From: Candidatus Electrothrix yaqonensis
Lineage (GTDB): Bacteria > Desulfobacterota > Desulfobulbia > Desulfobulbales > Desulfobulbaceae
Assembly: GCA_047651235.1 (NCBI GenBank)
Contig: CP178758.1
Coordinates: forward strand, 2,340,001 to 2,372,000
Length of the DNA stretch: 32,000 nt
Reading direction: 5' to 3'
Part shown: positions 18,201-26,991 of the stretch, piece after piece
How the letters are laid out: every line of letters starts with the position of its first letter
Numbering within the stretch: position 1 is the first letter of the stretch
Notes under the pieces: generated by a model
The model's input: the letters and a program-made list of their open reading frames with translations, nothing else
Database searches by the model: none
What the model was told of the DNA's origin: nothing
Translations under genes and position numbers: made by a program

Positions 18201-18495
18201 CGATTATCCCCTTCCCGGTCCGACCGGATCCCGCCATCTTTTCTTCTTCCCTCCTCCCTGACTGTCTGGAGAAAAAACAACAAGTCTGCAAGATTACCCT
18301 TGACTTTTCAGATTCAGTATGTTTGCCTTTTTGTCAAAAAATAATTCGGCAAACCTTATTACGAACTATCAAGATGATGATATCTCAGCAGTAAAAAATA
18401 GTGGATTCGCCTGTTATCGGCAACCTGTATTAACCGCCAATAACCAATAACGTTTACTGCATCCGAATTGTTAGAGTGGTTAGAGGAACCAGGTC

Positions 18496-21003
18496 ATGAC
18501 AGTCAGCTTTGGTGTTTTCTTTGGAATTGTAGTTATAGCTATGCTGGCCAAGCCGGTTTTTTTGCTGATTTTTGGACCGATTATTGTGTATATCGGGGAA
18601 AAACAGCCTGCCAAACCGAATATCGGACCTCATGACCTGAACACGTTTCCCCAGGATATTCAGGACTATTTTCTCCAGAATATACCTGCCCTTGAGCAGC
18701 AGAGATTCAAGGGCATCTGCTGTTGTATTTCAGAGCCGGATACCCCGATGATGCTGCATTTCTGTCTGTTGAAACATGCCGACAAACAGGATGTAGCCAT
18801 GATCGTAGTCGGTCAGAATGACATCCGCTGTACAGAGTTTGGCTCCGAGTTCAACGGGCTGGATATCAGCACGAACAACAACCTTCAGCATCCCTTCGTT
18901 TTTCCTGAACGACAGGACGCAAAGAAATATTCTTTTCCAAACATTTCGGATCCCGGCGAACTGTATACCATTCATCGGCTCCTGCTCCGGCGAGATGCAC
19001 AAGATGCAGCTCCGAAGACTGTGGCTGATGGAGCAGAACTGGATGAGGTTAAAAAGGGAATAATCCGCGAAATGGAAAGAAATGTGGTGGATGGATATCA
19101 TCGTTTTGATACTGCTTCCGATGCATATCGCCCTACGGTCAAAGGGGCCATTCTTATGACATGGAAAATGATCTGGCCTTTAGAAAATATTCTACGGGCG
19201 AGACATACACGCAAAATGGAGCGTGTGCTCCGGGAAGTCATGAAGGACAGGGAAAGCCTGTCGGCTGAACCTGCGGTCGCCCTTCAGACAAACCAAAATG
19301 CTGAACATGATGAAAGTCAACAGGAATCATATAAGATTGTTTTTGAAGGAGCAATTCGGGAGGACCGGAATCCTGCTCAGGTCAAGCGGCTTCTTGCCAA
19401 ATTGGCCCGGACAGACGACGCTGCTGTAGAGCGGCTTTTTACCCCGTCGACAAAAAAAATTCTGAAGCACAACCTGACTAAACAGGAGGCATTGAACTAT
19501 AAAAGAAAGTTTGAAACAACAGGTGCATGCTGCAAAATTTTTCGTGAGCGCTCTGTGTCTTCTCCGTCGTCAGCCGCTTCCCCTTCCACTGCACAGCAGC
19601 CTCATCCGAACGAACCCACCGGAGCATCATCTCAGCACAATGAATCATCCGCCTGTCCCCGTCTCACGAAAAAGGAGCGGGCCAGTGGGTTATTTCCGGA
19701 TATCGCGGAAAGATTCCGTCGCGGACCAATTAAAAACGCTGTCAGGCTGCCTCCTTTGGGTGTATGTTTTATATTTCTTCCTATATTCATCATCTTTACA
19801 CTGGGTGCTGTGCTGGTCGGACTTAAAACAGGGATGATATTTTTTCAGACGAAAAAGTTAGAGTATTTCGGTGCGCAGACTCAGGGCACTGTGATGAATA
19901 GAGAAGTTTCTCAAGGGAATTCATCTGTTGAAGGAAAAGACGATGTCCAGTACTACTATGTAGCCTATCAATTTCAGGCATCAATACCGGGGCGGAAAGA
20001 ACAAGTATTTTCAAGAGAGGAACAGGTCACCAAAGAGTTATATGACCAGCTCAAACCTGATACCAAAGTACCGGTCGTTTATAATCAGAAGGCCACAGTT
20101 GCAAGAATCAAGGGCAATTATCTGATACTTTCGTTTCCAGATGGAGAGGCACTGCCGCTTTTCTCCTCGCGAGGAATGGGAGCAATGTTCGTGTTACTTG
20201 CCATTACCCTCTTCGGCGGATTTGCGGTTATCGGGCTTTTGCTTTGGCTTGTCAGCGACCTTATCGCCCTTGTTTTTCTGTCCTCTACTGGACGGATGGT
20301 CACAGCAAAGGTTATTGAACTGGAAAAATATAAAGGATCAGACTCGACTGAGTACTCGAACGAGTACGCGATGATCTGCCAGTTTCAACCTGAAGAACAA
20401 GGTGCCGTGCCCATTATAGGACGACAAAAAATTTCCAGAGATATCTATACTGCCTATCGTCAGAAAAACACTGTAGATGTTCGCTATGTCCCAAAGAAAC
20501 CAAAGTGGTTTAAGATCGTAGTTAATCCTGATACAAAATCCGCAACGAATCGTGGCGGAAAATCATCTTATCTTCCAATCTCTATAAAGTTATGGGCGTT
20601 TACACAATATTCCGGCGTCGCGGTGCCAGCCTGTATTATCGGGAGTATTCTGGTGGGCGTGCAATTATACAATATGTACCAGAGAGAGCCTGTTAATTTT
20701 TCTGCCGCAGCTTTTGGAGCTTTTGTAGTTATTCTCAGTTCAGCGGCCTTTTTACGGAAGAACCTCCTGCAACGACGCATACAGGAACTGGAAGAGCATG
20801 GCAGAACTGCCTGTGCGGAAGTTATAGATATTGAAGAAGATGGAGATCTTTACGTAATGGTGTATCAGTTTGATGGCGGTTCCCGATCAATTACTGCCAG
20901 GGAAACGCGAGACGAACCTTGGGGGAAAGAAGTCGGCGATTCGGTGCCTGTCCGTTATCTCGAAAACAATCCCACAGTTTTTGACCAAATCTTTGAAGAG
21001 TAA
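18496..21003 (+). CDS. 835-aa membrane protein with three tandem DUF3592-like modules and an unassigned N-terminal region
   Basis: The N-terminal TM is followed by an unknown domain (aa 40-270). A beta-alpha-alpha-beta-alpha-beta-like segment resembling the L7/L12 C-terminal fold follows (aa 279-349, nt 19330-19542). A Ser/Pro-rich linker comes next. Three TM-flanked modules follow with the DUF3592 pattern G.V....(E)......Y...Y.F...G: QGTVMNREV..YYYVAYQF, GRMVTAKVIELE..YAMICQF and GRTACAEVIDIE..YVMVYQF. Confidence 0.7.
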   Translation: MTVSFGVFFGIVVIAMLAKPVFLLIFGPIIVYIGEKQPAKPNIGPHDLNTFPQDIQDYFLQNIPALEQQRFKGICCCISEPDTPMMLHFCLLKHADKQDVAMIVVGQNDIRCTEFGSEFNGLDISTNNNLQHPFVFPERQDAKKYSFPNISDPGELYTIHRLLLRRDAQDAAPKTVADGAELDEVKKGIIREMERNVVDGYHRFDTASDAYRPTVKGAILMTWKMIWPLENILRARHTRKMERVLREVMKDRESLSAEPAVALQTNQNAEHDESQQESYKIVFEGAIREDRNPAQVKRLLAKLARTDDAAVERLFTPSTKKILKHNLTKQEALNYKRKFETTGACCKIFRERSVSSPSSAASPSTAQQPHPNEPTGASSQHNESSACPRLTKKERASGLFPDIAERFRRGPIKNAVRLPPLGVCFIFLPIFIIFTLGAVLVGLKTGMIFFQTKKLEYFGAQTQGTVMNREVSQGNSSVEGKDDVQYYYVAYQFQASIPGRKEQVFSREEQVTKELYDQLKPDTKVPVVYNQKATVARIKGNYLILSFPDGEALPLFSSRGMGAMFVLLAITLFGGFAVIGLLLWLVSDLIALVFLSSTGRMVTAKVIELEKYKGSDSTEYSNEYAMICQFQPEEQGAVPIIGRQKISRDIYTAYRQKNTVDVRYVPKKPKWFKIVVNPDTKSATNRGGKSSYLPISIKLWAFTQYSGVAVPACIIGSILVGVQLYNMYQREPVNFSAAAFGAFVVILSSAAFLRKNLLQRRIQELEEHGRTACAEVIDIEEDGDLYVMVYQFDGGSRSITARETRDEPWGKEVGDSVPVRYLENNPTVFDQIFEE

Positions 21004-22310
21004 TGCTTATGCAAACCAAAAAAACATTCTTCCTGTATGCAGCTCACCTCTTCCTGGCCTGCACACTCATCAGCCTCCTGGGCTGCACACCCGAAACAGA
21101 TCCAGACAAGCAGCTGATCACGGTCTGGGCGCACAGCGGTCAGGAGGGCGAACGCAAGGTGCTCATGGATCAGGTGCAACGTTTTAACGAAGAATTTCCT
21201 GATGTCCACGTTGAACTCACCCTGCTGCCAGAAGGTTCGTACAACTCCCAGCTCCAGTCCGCCGCCCTTTCCCACGACCTGCCCGATGTGATCGAGTTTG
21301 ACGGGCCGTTTCTGTACGGCTATGTCTGGCAGAATCAGCTTCAGCCCCTGGACGACCTCCTGCCTGCGGCAGTGCAGGCCGATCTCCTGCCCTCCATCAT
21401 CAAGCAGGGCACCATGCACGATCATCTTTTTGCTGTGGGCATGTTTGACTCCGGTCTGGGCATGTACGGCAATAAGGCTTTGCTGGAGGCGGCGGGCATC
21501 CGCATTCCCTTTTCAGTGAATGATGCCTGGACAGCGGAAGAGTTCAAGCAGGTGCTGAACAAGCTGGCTGCCCAGGACCAAGGCGGAGCTGTGCTGGATC
21601 TCAAGGCCAATTACCGGGGCGAGTGGTTCACCTATGCCTTTTCCCCGATTATTCAATCTGCTGGCGGTGATCTGATCGACCGGCAGGATTATCTGTACGC
21701 AGAATCGGTGCTGGCCGGGAATGAGGCGGTTGGTGCCATGACCACCCTGCGGGATTGGTTTCAGCAGGGCTATGTTGATCCGAACCTGGATGATGCCGCC
21801 TTTGTCGAGGAGCGGGTCGCGCTTTCTTGGGTCGGACATTGGGAATATCCCCGCTATGCAAAGGCCCTGGGCGACAAGCTGGTCCTCCTGCCTCTGCCGG
21901 ATTTCGGGCAGGGCTCAAAGACAGGTCAGGGTTCCTGGCAATGGGGAATCAACGCGGATGCCCCCCATCCCGAGACGGCAGCGCAGTTTCTCGCCTTCCT
22001 GCTCCGCCCGGAAAATATCCTCGCCATGACCGGGGTCAACGGTGCCGTGCCTGCCACCAAGACCGCCGTTGCCCGCTCGCCCTTGTACAGGGAAGGAGGC
22101 CCGCTCCGGCTTTTTGTGGACCAGCTCCGTCAAAGCAGCGTGGAGCGACCGCGCACCCCGGCCTATCAGGTGATCACCTCGGTCTTTCAGCAGGCCTTTG
22201 ATGAAATCCGCAACGGTGCTGATGTGCAGAAGGCCCTGCATCAGGCTGCCGCAGCCATTGAGCAGGATATTACCGACAGCGAAGGCTACCGTTCCGTTCC
22301 CCGTTCCTGA
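21003..22310 (+). CDS. ABC transporter substrate-binding lipoprotein (family 1, sugar/glycerol-phosphate type)
   Basis: Lipobox LISLLGC. ITVWAHSGQEGE..., YNSQLQSAAL..DLPDVIEFDGP, WQWGINA and the overall length fit the extracellular solute-binding family 1. The ATG overlaps the upstream TAA by 1 nt, and an alternative ATG lies at 21009. Confidence 0.85.
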   Translation: MLMQTKKTFFLYAAHLFLACTLISLLGCTPETDPDKQLITVWAHSGQEGERKVLMDQVQRFNEEFPDVHVELTLLPEGSYNSQLQSAALSHDLPDVIEFDGPFLYGYVWQNQLQPLDDLLPAAVQADLLPSIIKQGTMHDHLFAVGMFDSGLGMYGNKALLEAAGIRIPFSVNDAWTAEEFKQVLNKLAAQDQGGAVLDLKANYRGEWFTYAFSPIIQSAGGDLIDRQDYLYAESVLAGNEAVGAMTTLRDWFQQGYVDPNLDDAAFVEERVALSWVGHWEYPRYAKALGDKLVLLPLPDFGQGSKTGQGSWQWGINADAPHPETAAQFLAFLLRPENILAMTGVNGAVPATKTAVARSPLYREGGPLRLFVDQLRQSSVERPRTPAYQVITSVFQQAFDEIRNGADVQKALHQAAAAIEQDITDSEGYRSVPRS

Positions 22311-22344
22311 CAGCATAATAGCATAAACAGCAGAGGTTTCCATT

Positions 22345-23238
22345 ATGAACACGTTGCACAACGACAACCGGGTCGGCTGGCTCATGGTTGCCCCGGCCCT
22401 TACCGGTCTGGCCCTTTTTATCGGCCTGCCTTTTCTTCTGGCCCTGATCCTTTCTTTTACCAATCTGAAGCTGGCCTCGCCCCTGCCGTTGACCTTTGTC
22501 GGCCTGCAGCATTATGCCCGTATTCTTCAAGACCCTGTCTTTCTTCGGGCACTGCTCAATAACCTAATCTTTGCCGTGGTCGTGGTGCCAGCCCAGACCG
22601 GCTGCGCCCTCCTGCTTGCCTTGCTGGTGAACCGCAAACTGCCCGGCATGGTGGTCTTCCGCACCCTGTTCTTCCTGCCGGTGATCTTCCCCTTTGCCCT
22701 GATCTCCGTGGTCTGGATGCTCCTCTACGCGCCCGGTCCCAACGGGGTCATCAACTCTGTGCTTGAGGTCCTGACCTTCGGATTCTGGGAGCCGCAGGAT
22801 TTCCTCCATAACCAATTCCTTGCCCTGCCCGCGATCATGGTGGTCTCGATCTGGCAGGGAGCCGGGTTTCAGATGATCGTCTATCTCGCCGGACTCCAGG
22901 ATATTTCAGAAGAACTCTACGAGGCAGCCCGGCTGGATGGGGCCAATTCCTGGCAGCAGTTCTGGCATGTCACCTTCCCCTGCCTGCGCAACACCACCCT
23001 GTTCGTGGTCTCGGTAACCACCATCCTTTCGTTCCGGCTCTTTGATCAGGTCCAGATTATGACTAAAGGCGGCCCGCTCAATGCCACCGCCACTGTGGTC
23101 TTCGAGGCCGTGCGCTCGGCCTTTGAACGCCAACAGATCGCCCGTGGCTCGGCCATGACCGTGGTTTTTTTCATCATTGTCCTCGGCCTGACCTTTTTCC
23201 AGCGGCGGTTGGTGAGCGAGGATCGGAGGGTGGGATGA
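22345..23238 (+). CDS. ABC transporter permease (MalF/UgpA-type)
   Basis: Six TM segments are present. The EAA loop reads LQDISEELYEAARLDGANSWQQFWHVTFP, which is the binding-protein-dependent transport inner-membrane component signature. Confidence 0.9.
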   Translation: MNTLHNDNRVGWLMVAPALTGLALFIGLPFLLALILSFTNLKLASPLPLTFVGLQHYARILQDPVFLRALLNNLIFAVVVVPAQTGCALLLALLVNRKLPGMVVFRTLFFLPVIFPFALISVVWMLLYAPGPNGVINSVLEVLTFGFWEPQDFLHNQFLALPAIMVVSIWQGAGFQMIVYLAGLQDISEELYEAARLDGANSWQQFWHVTFPCLRNTTLFVVSVTTILSFRLFDQVQIMTKGGPLNATATVVFEAVRSAFERQQIARGSAMTVVFFIIVLGLTFFQRRLVSEDRRVG

Positions 23239-23288
23239 TTTTTTCCAGATCAAATAACTGAGACGGAACTTAAAACGACGGAGGATTT

Positions 23289-24500
23289 ATGAAGTCCCTC
23301 AGACAACTACTTGCAGCATCTATTCTGGCAACCCTACTGCTTGTATTGCTTTTACAGAGCGGTCAGACGGTAGCTGCGCAGAAATCTCCGCCCTTTTACT
23401 GGGACTTCATCAATGTCCTGATTGATGTGCAGCAGAACGGCGACATGCTTATCACCGAGACCCAGAAATACGTTTTCACCGGGCCGCACACCAATGAGCG
23501 ATACCGCTACATTCCGCTGGATAAAGTAGATGGCATTGATCAGATCGAGGTTTATGAGGGCGAAGAGAAGCTGGCCGAAGAGACAAATGTCAAAAACGGG
23601 CAGCGGTGGATCAAATGGCGTCATGATCTGAACCCGCCGGAGAGTCATACCTTTGTGCTCAAGTATCGTGTCAAAGGCGGTATCCAAGTTCACGGCGAAG
23701 AGGATTGGGTGTACGTCAAAGCGATTTTCAAAGACCGCTCCGCACCGATTGAAAGCGGCAAGGTAACGGTACGCCTGCCGGATTCGCTGGCCGGAAAGAT
23801 CACCAGCTTTAAAAATTTTGGAGTGCCTGCCGAACCTCGACAGATTGATGAACGGACGGTTGAATTCGTTGCAAAAGGCACTTTGCCACCGGGACAGGAA
23901 CTGGAGGTGAGGGTTGCTGTTCCGCATGGGATACTCGCCCTTGCGACTCCGGCAATATTGAAGGAGCAACCAAGGAAAAGTGCGGAGTATTGGCGGCAGC
24001 AGAAAAAAAAGTACGAACGGATTGCTAATTCTTCAAAGCCACCGAATCCGTTTATTTTCACCTCCATTAAAATAGGCATAATATCAGTATTTTCCTTGAT
24101 AGGAATATTAACTTTTTGGTGCTGGCTTCGTGACGGATTAGAAGAGGGTAAGAGCGTAAAACAACTTGTCAAAAATTTCATGATATTTATCGGATCCGTT
24201 GCCATTGTTATTGGTATGACATGGGCTGCCGAAGCTATGAAATCTATTACAATACCAGTTCATTTGAACGGCCTTTTATGGAGCATATTGCGCCTTCTGT
24301 TAGGTGCATTGAAAATAATTATGTCTTTCGCTGCCTTATTAATTATCCCAATTCTTTTAATATTGTTCAGCATAGGTGAAGGCGGAGGAAGTAGCAGCGG
24401 TGGTGGTTACTCTGGCAGCGGCTATGCTGGCGGAGGAGGCTTTGGAGGCGGTGGTTCCGGTGGAGGAGGAGGTGGTGCCTGCGGCGGTGGTGGCGGCTGA
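23289..24500 (+). CDS. DUF2207-like membrane protein with a Gly-rich, Cys-containing C-terminal tail
   Basis: After the signal peptide, the N-terminal domain reads FYWDFINVLIDVQQNGDMLITETQKYVFTGPHTNERYRYIPL...HTFVLKYRVKGGIQ...VTVRLP, as in DUF2207. TM segments follow. The 41-aa tail is GEGGGSSSGGGYSGSGYAGGGGFGGGGSGGGGGGACGGGGG (nt 24375-24497). Confidence 0.75.
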   Translation: MKSLRQLLAASILATLLLVLLLQSGQTVAAQKSPPFYWDFINVLIDVQQNGDMLITETQKYVFTGPHTNERYRYIPLDKVDGIDQIEVYEGEEKLAEETNVKNGQRWIKWRHDLNPPESHTFVLKYRVKGGIQVHGEEDWVYVKAIFKDRSAPIESGKVTVRLPDSLAGKITSFKNFGVPAEPRQIDERTVEFVAKGTLPPGQELEVRVAVPHGILALATPAILKEQPRKSAEYWRQQKKKYERIANSSKPPNPFIFTSIKIGIISVFSLIGILTFWCWLRDGLEEGKSVKQLVKNFMIFIGSVAIVIGMTWAAEAMKSITIPVHLNGLLWSILRLLLGALKIIMSFAALLIIPILLILFSIGEGGGSSSGGGYSGSGYAGGGGFGGGGSGGGGGGACGGGGG

Positions 24501-24557
24501 GCGGAGGGTGGGGTAGATACCCTTTCAGTTCAGACTATAAACTTCGAAGGAAACAGC

Positions 24558-24905
24558 ATGCATAATGAGTTAGAAGATATCAAGAAGATAGAGAGACAAT
24601 TCATTCAATACAGTCAATACAAAAAAATAATCTCTCGGAAAAAAAAGGTAAAAAGAATTTTAACGATAGCGGCTGCTATAACTGCTGTGATATGGGGTAT
24701 GGTGCTGCTGTTTAAAACTATAGGCCCAGGACCACTATTCTTAATACTTCTGATAGGTGTTGTCGTCCTTTTCATAACCGGTAGTAGTGGAGGCGGGGGG
24801 AGTGGCAGCGGCTACACTGGCGGCTATGTCGGTGGTGGCGGAGGCTTCGGCGGCGGTGGTTCCGGTGGAGGGGGAGGCGGATGCTGCGGTGGTGGTGGTG
24901 GCTGA
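24558..24905 (+). CDS. Small two-TM protein carrying the same Gly/Cys-rich C-terminal tail
   Basis: 115 aa. The N-terminus is basic (KKIISRKKKVKR), followed by two TM segments. The tail is GSSGGGGSGSGYTGGYVGGGGGFGGGGSGGGGGGCCGGGGG (nt 24780-24902). It parallels the upstream gene's tail at both protein and DNA level. Confidence 0.6.
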   Translation: MHNELEDIKKIERQFIQYSQYKKIISRKKKVKRILTIAAAITAVIWGMVLLFKTIGPGPLFLILLIGVVVLFITGSSGGGGSGSGYTGGYVGGGGGFGGGGSGGGGGGCCGGGGG

Positions 24906-24944
24906 GTCTGTCGAACATCGAAAAGCAAAAATAAAGGAGGAACC

Positions 24945-25235
24945 ATGAAGTGCCTCAGACAACTGCTTGCTGTGTATGTCCAGGCAATCGTACTTGGATT
25001 ATTTTTACTGAATACTCAAACAGCATCGGCGAAATCCCCGCCCTTTTACTGGGACTTCATCAATGTGCTGATTGATGTGCAGGGAAACGGCGACATGCTG
25101 GTCACCGAGACCCAGAAGTACGTCTTCACCGGGCCGCACACCAACGAACGTTACCGCTATATTCTGCTGGACAAGATAGAACATATTGATCATATTGAAT
25201 TTTTATAGGGAGAAAAAAAGCTGGCGTTTCAGACC
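24945..25235 (+). pseudogene. Decayed and truncated second copy of the DUF2207-like gene
   Basis: The first 87 codons closely parallel 23289-23550 (MKCLRQLL...SPPFYWDFINVLIDVQGNGDMLVTETQKYVFTGPHTNERYRYILLDK). A compensated +1/-1 indel creates an in-frame TAG at 25206-25208. Nucleotide similarity to copy 1 fades at about 25235. Confidence 0.75.
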
Positions 25236-25413
25236 ATTCTCCTCAGCTAAAATTGGCCTGCCTTTAGCCTATCCAGTCCGATCATTCACGAATGTACAGC
25301 GGAAGCTCCTACCCGGTCACGATCTTGGTGAGAATACAGTCCTTCAGCCACTCCAGAGCATCCTCTTCAAGTCCCAACCCTCCACCACAACGGAGGGTAA
25401 CACAGAAAAATGA

Positions 25414-25782
25414 TCAATTCTCCAGCAAAAGATCCCCTAACTTGTAGAAACGCCTCAGCCCGAACTGTCGGCTGTATGCTTCCCATCTTTCTCGATGGCC
25501 GGACGAATTGTTACGGCTCAGCCACAACGTAATACGGCGTTGCTCGTCGCGATGCATCAATTCGATGATGTAGAGGGTGTAGCGGAAACCATCACTGTCG
25601 GAGTGGTATTCACTACGTGCCAAAACCCCTTCATACTCAGATAGCGGCTCATCCCAGGCATCGCGAAAGCATGGAAAGATGGATACTTGCCGATAACGGA
25701 ATGTCTTGCCGTCGAACTCTGTCCCTGTACGCGTGGAGAAAGAGAGAAGGCCCAACAGGAAGAGACCGATGCCAATCACCAT
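25414..25782 (-). CDS. Hypothetical membrane protein, probably 5'-truncated by the IS element
   Basis: 122-aa ORF from an internal ATG. The same frame stays open upstream (..FEGAFEADIFDILNELFF-MVIGIG..) to a TGA at 25846-25848, inside the IS inverted repeat and just past its outer edge at 25837. I recognise no family. Confidence 0.4.
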   Translation of the reverse strand: MVIGIGLFLLGLLSFSTRTGTEFDGKTFRYRQVSIFPCFRDAWDEPLSEYEGVLARSEYHSDSDGFRYTLYIIELMHRDEQRRITLWLSRNNSSGHRERWEAYSRQFGLRRFYKLGDLLLEN

Positions 25783-25836
25783 GAAAAACAGCTCATTCAG
25801 TATGTCGAATATGTCAGCCTCGAATGCCCCCTCAAA

Positions 25837-26991
25837 GATCAGGGCTGTTCAATTCTAGAAAATCCCGGCGTAATCAAACAGACGATTTATATCCATACAG
25901 TTCCTGAAAAGCTCCCGGCTGACATTTTTCACCTTGTTCTTACGAAGAATATTGAGAGCAAAGCTTCTCAGTTTCGCAAATATGTGCGGATTGCAACGAA
26001 TTCGGGAGCGGTCTTCGCCCATAGAAACATCCCGAACATAATGATTTCCATTCTCGATCCGCCAATGCCCCAGGATTCCCTGACATATTTCTTCAGCGTC
26101 CGAACCGGCTGTTGAAACATAAAAGGATGTCTCATGAGTGTTTTTCCATTTTTTCTTCTTTGTATCAAACACCTGACGAAATCGATCGATTCTGATAAAA
26201 ACTTCCACTTTGCGACTCTCTATACGGTTTCGTTTTTTTTTCAAAAGGCTCCGTGAAAACATCATCAGGAACAGACGTATTCGCGATATTTTCACAGTCG
26301 TTCAGGAGAGTTTTCTGATTTTTTTTAACCTGAGCAATCACATCGTTTCCCGTTTCAGCGGCGGCCTGAAGAGTTTTTTTCTGACAATGAAGGGCGTCGA
26401 AGGTAAAAATGCGGTCGGATAAACCGAGTTCTTTCATCAGTTTCCGCGCCGCCGGGATTTCATTGCTTTTCTCCCTGATTTCTTCATGGCCGAGAACGAC
26501 GGCGCGGTCGCCAGCAAAAGCACTCAATATCTGAAGCTGATTAATATCCTTCATGTTATCGAGACTTCCCCGGAGAGTTTTGCCGTCGCAACGAATAAAT
26601 TCTCCGTCCGGTTCCTCTTCCGCGAGAGCTTTGCCGTGCTCCCTGAAAATCCGCTCAAGTTCCGAACCGGAAGTATTCAGAATGACAGTGCGGATCGTTG
26701 TATATGCAGGAGCTTTTTTCCAGTCCAGGCCGAAATATTCATTGAGCCTTTCACGATGCGCATCAACGAACAGATGGATTTTGCGATAAGAATCCGAACC
26801 GCTCAGGATCGCCATGATCGAAAACAGAAGAATATGCGTAAGCTCATATCGCCGGCCCTGCCCGCGTCGATGATCTTTGATTGTGTTCAGCAAAAAAACA
26901 GCATGCAGAATCCTCGTGTAAAGTTTTTCTGTATCAATTACTGCATACGTCTTGAAAATACAAGCTCTTATAGAATTGAACAGCCCTGATC
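25837..26991 (-). mobile_element. ISAs1-family-like insertion sequence (1155 bp) with perfect 21-bp terminal inverted repeats
   Basis: gatcagggctgttcaattcta at 25837-25857 is the exact reverse complement of tagaattgaacagccctgatc at 26971-26991. The interior encodes an ISAs1/H-repeat-type DDE transposase. No direct target-site duplication is visible at the flanks. Confidence 0.8.
25855..26991 (-). pseudogene. ISAs1-family transposase, frameshifted at a T9/A9 homopolymer
   Basis: The N-terminal frame reads LNTIKDHRRGQGRRYELTHILLFSIMAILSGSDSYRKI..CDGKTLRGS..FDALHCQKKT. The C-terminal frame reads KKKRNRIESRKVEVF...YVSTAGSDAEEICQGILGHWRIENGNHYVRDVSMGEDRSRIR..LRSFALNIL. The two frames join if the run at 26233-26241 is 8 nt rather than 9 nt. 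No in-frame ATG lies between the right IR and the conserved N-terminal block. Confidence 0.8.

Noticed and set aside
25378-25397. A hairpin ccctcc-N8-ggaggg downstream of the 25414-25782(-) ORF, and a relic-looking minus-strand frame (..GLGLEEDALEWLKDCILTKIVTG) at 25300-25400.
   Set aside because: The stem is only 6 bp and no U-tract follows on the minus strand. The frame fragment has no start and no family I can name, so I treat it as debris.
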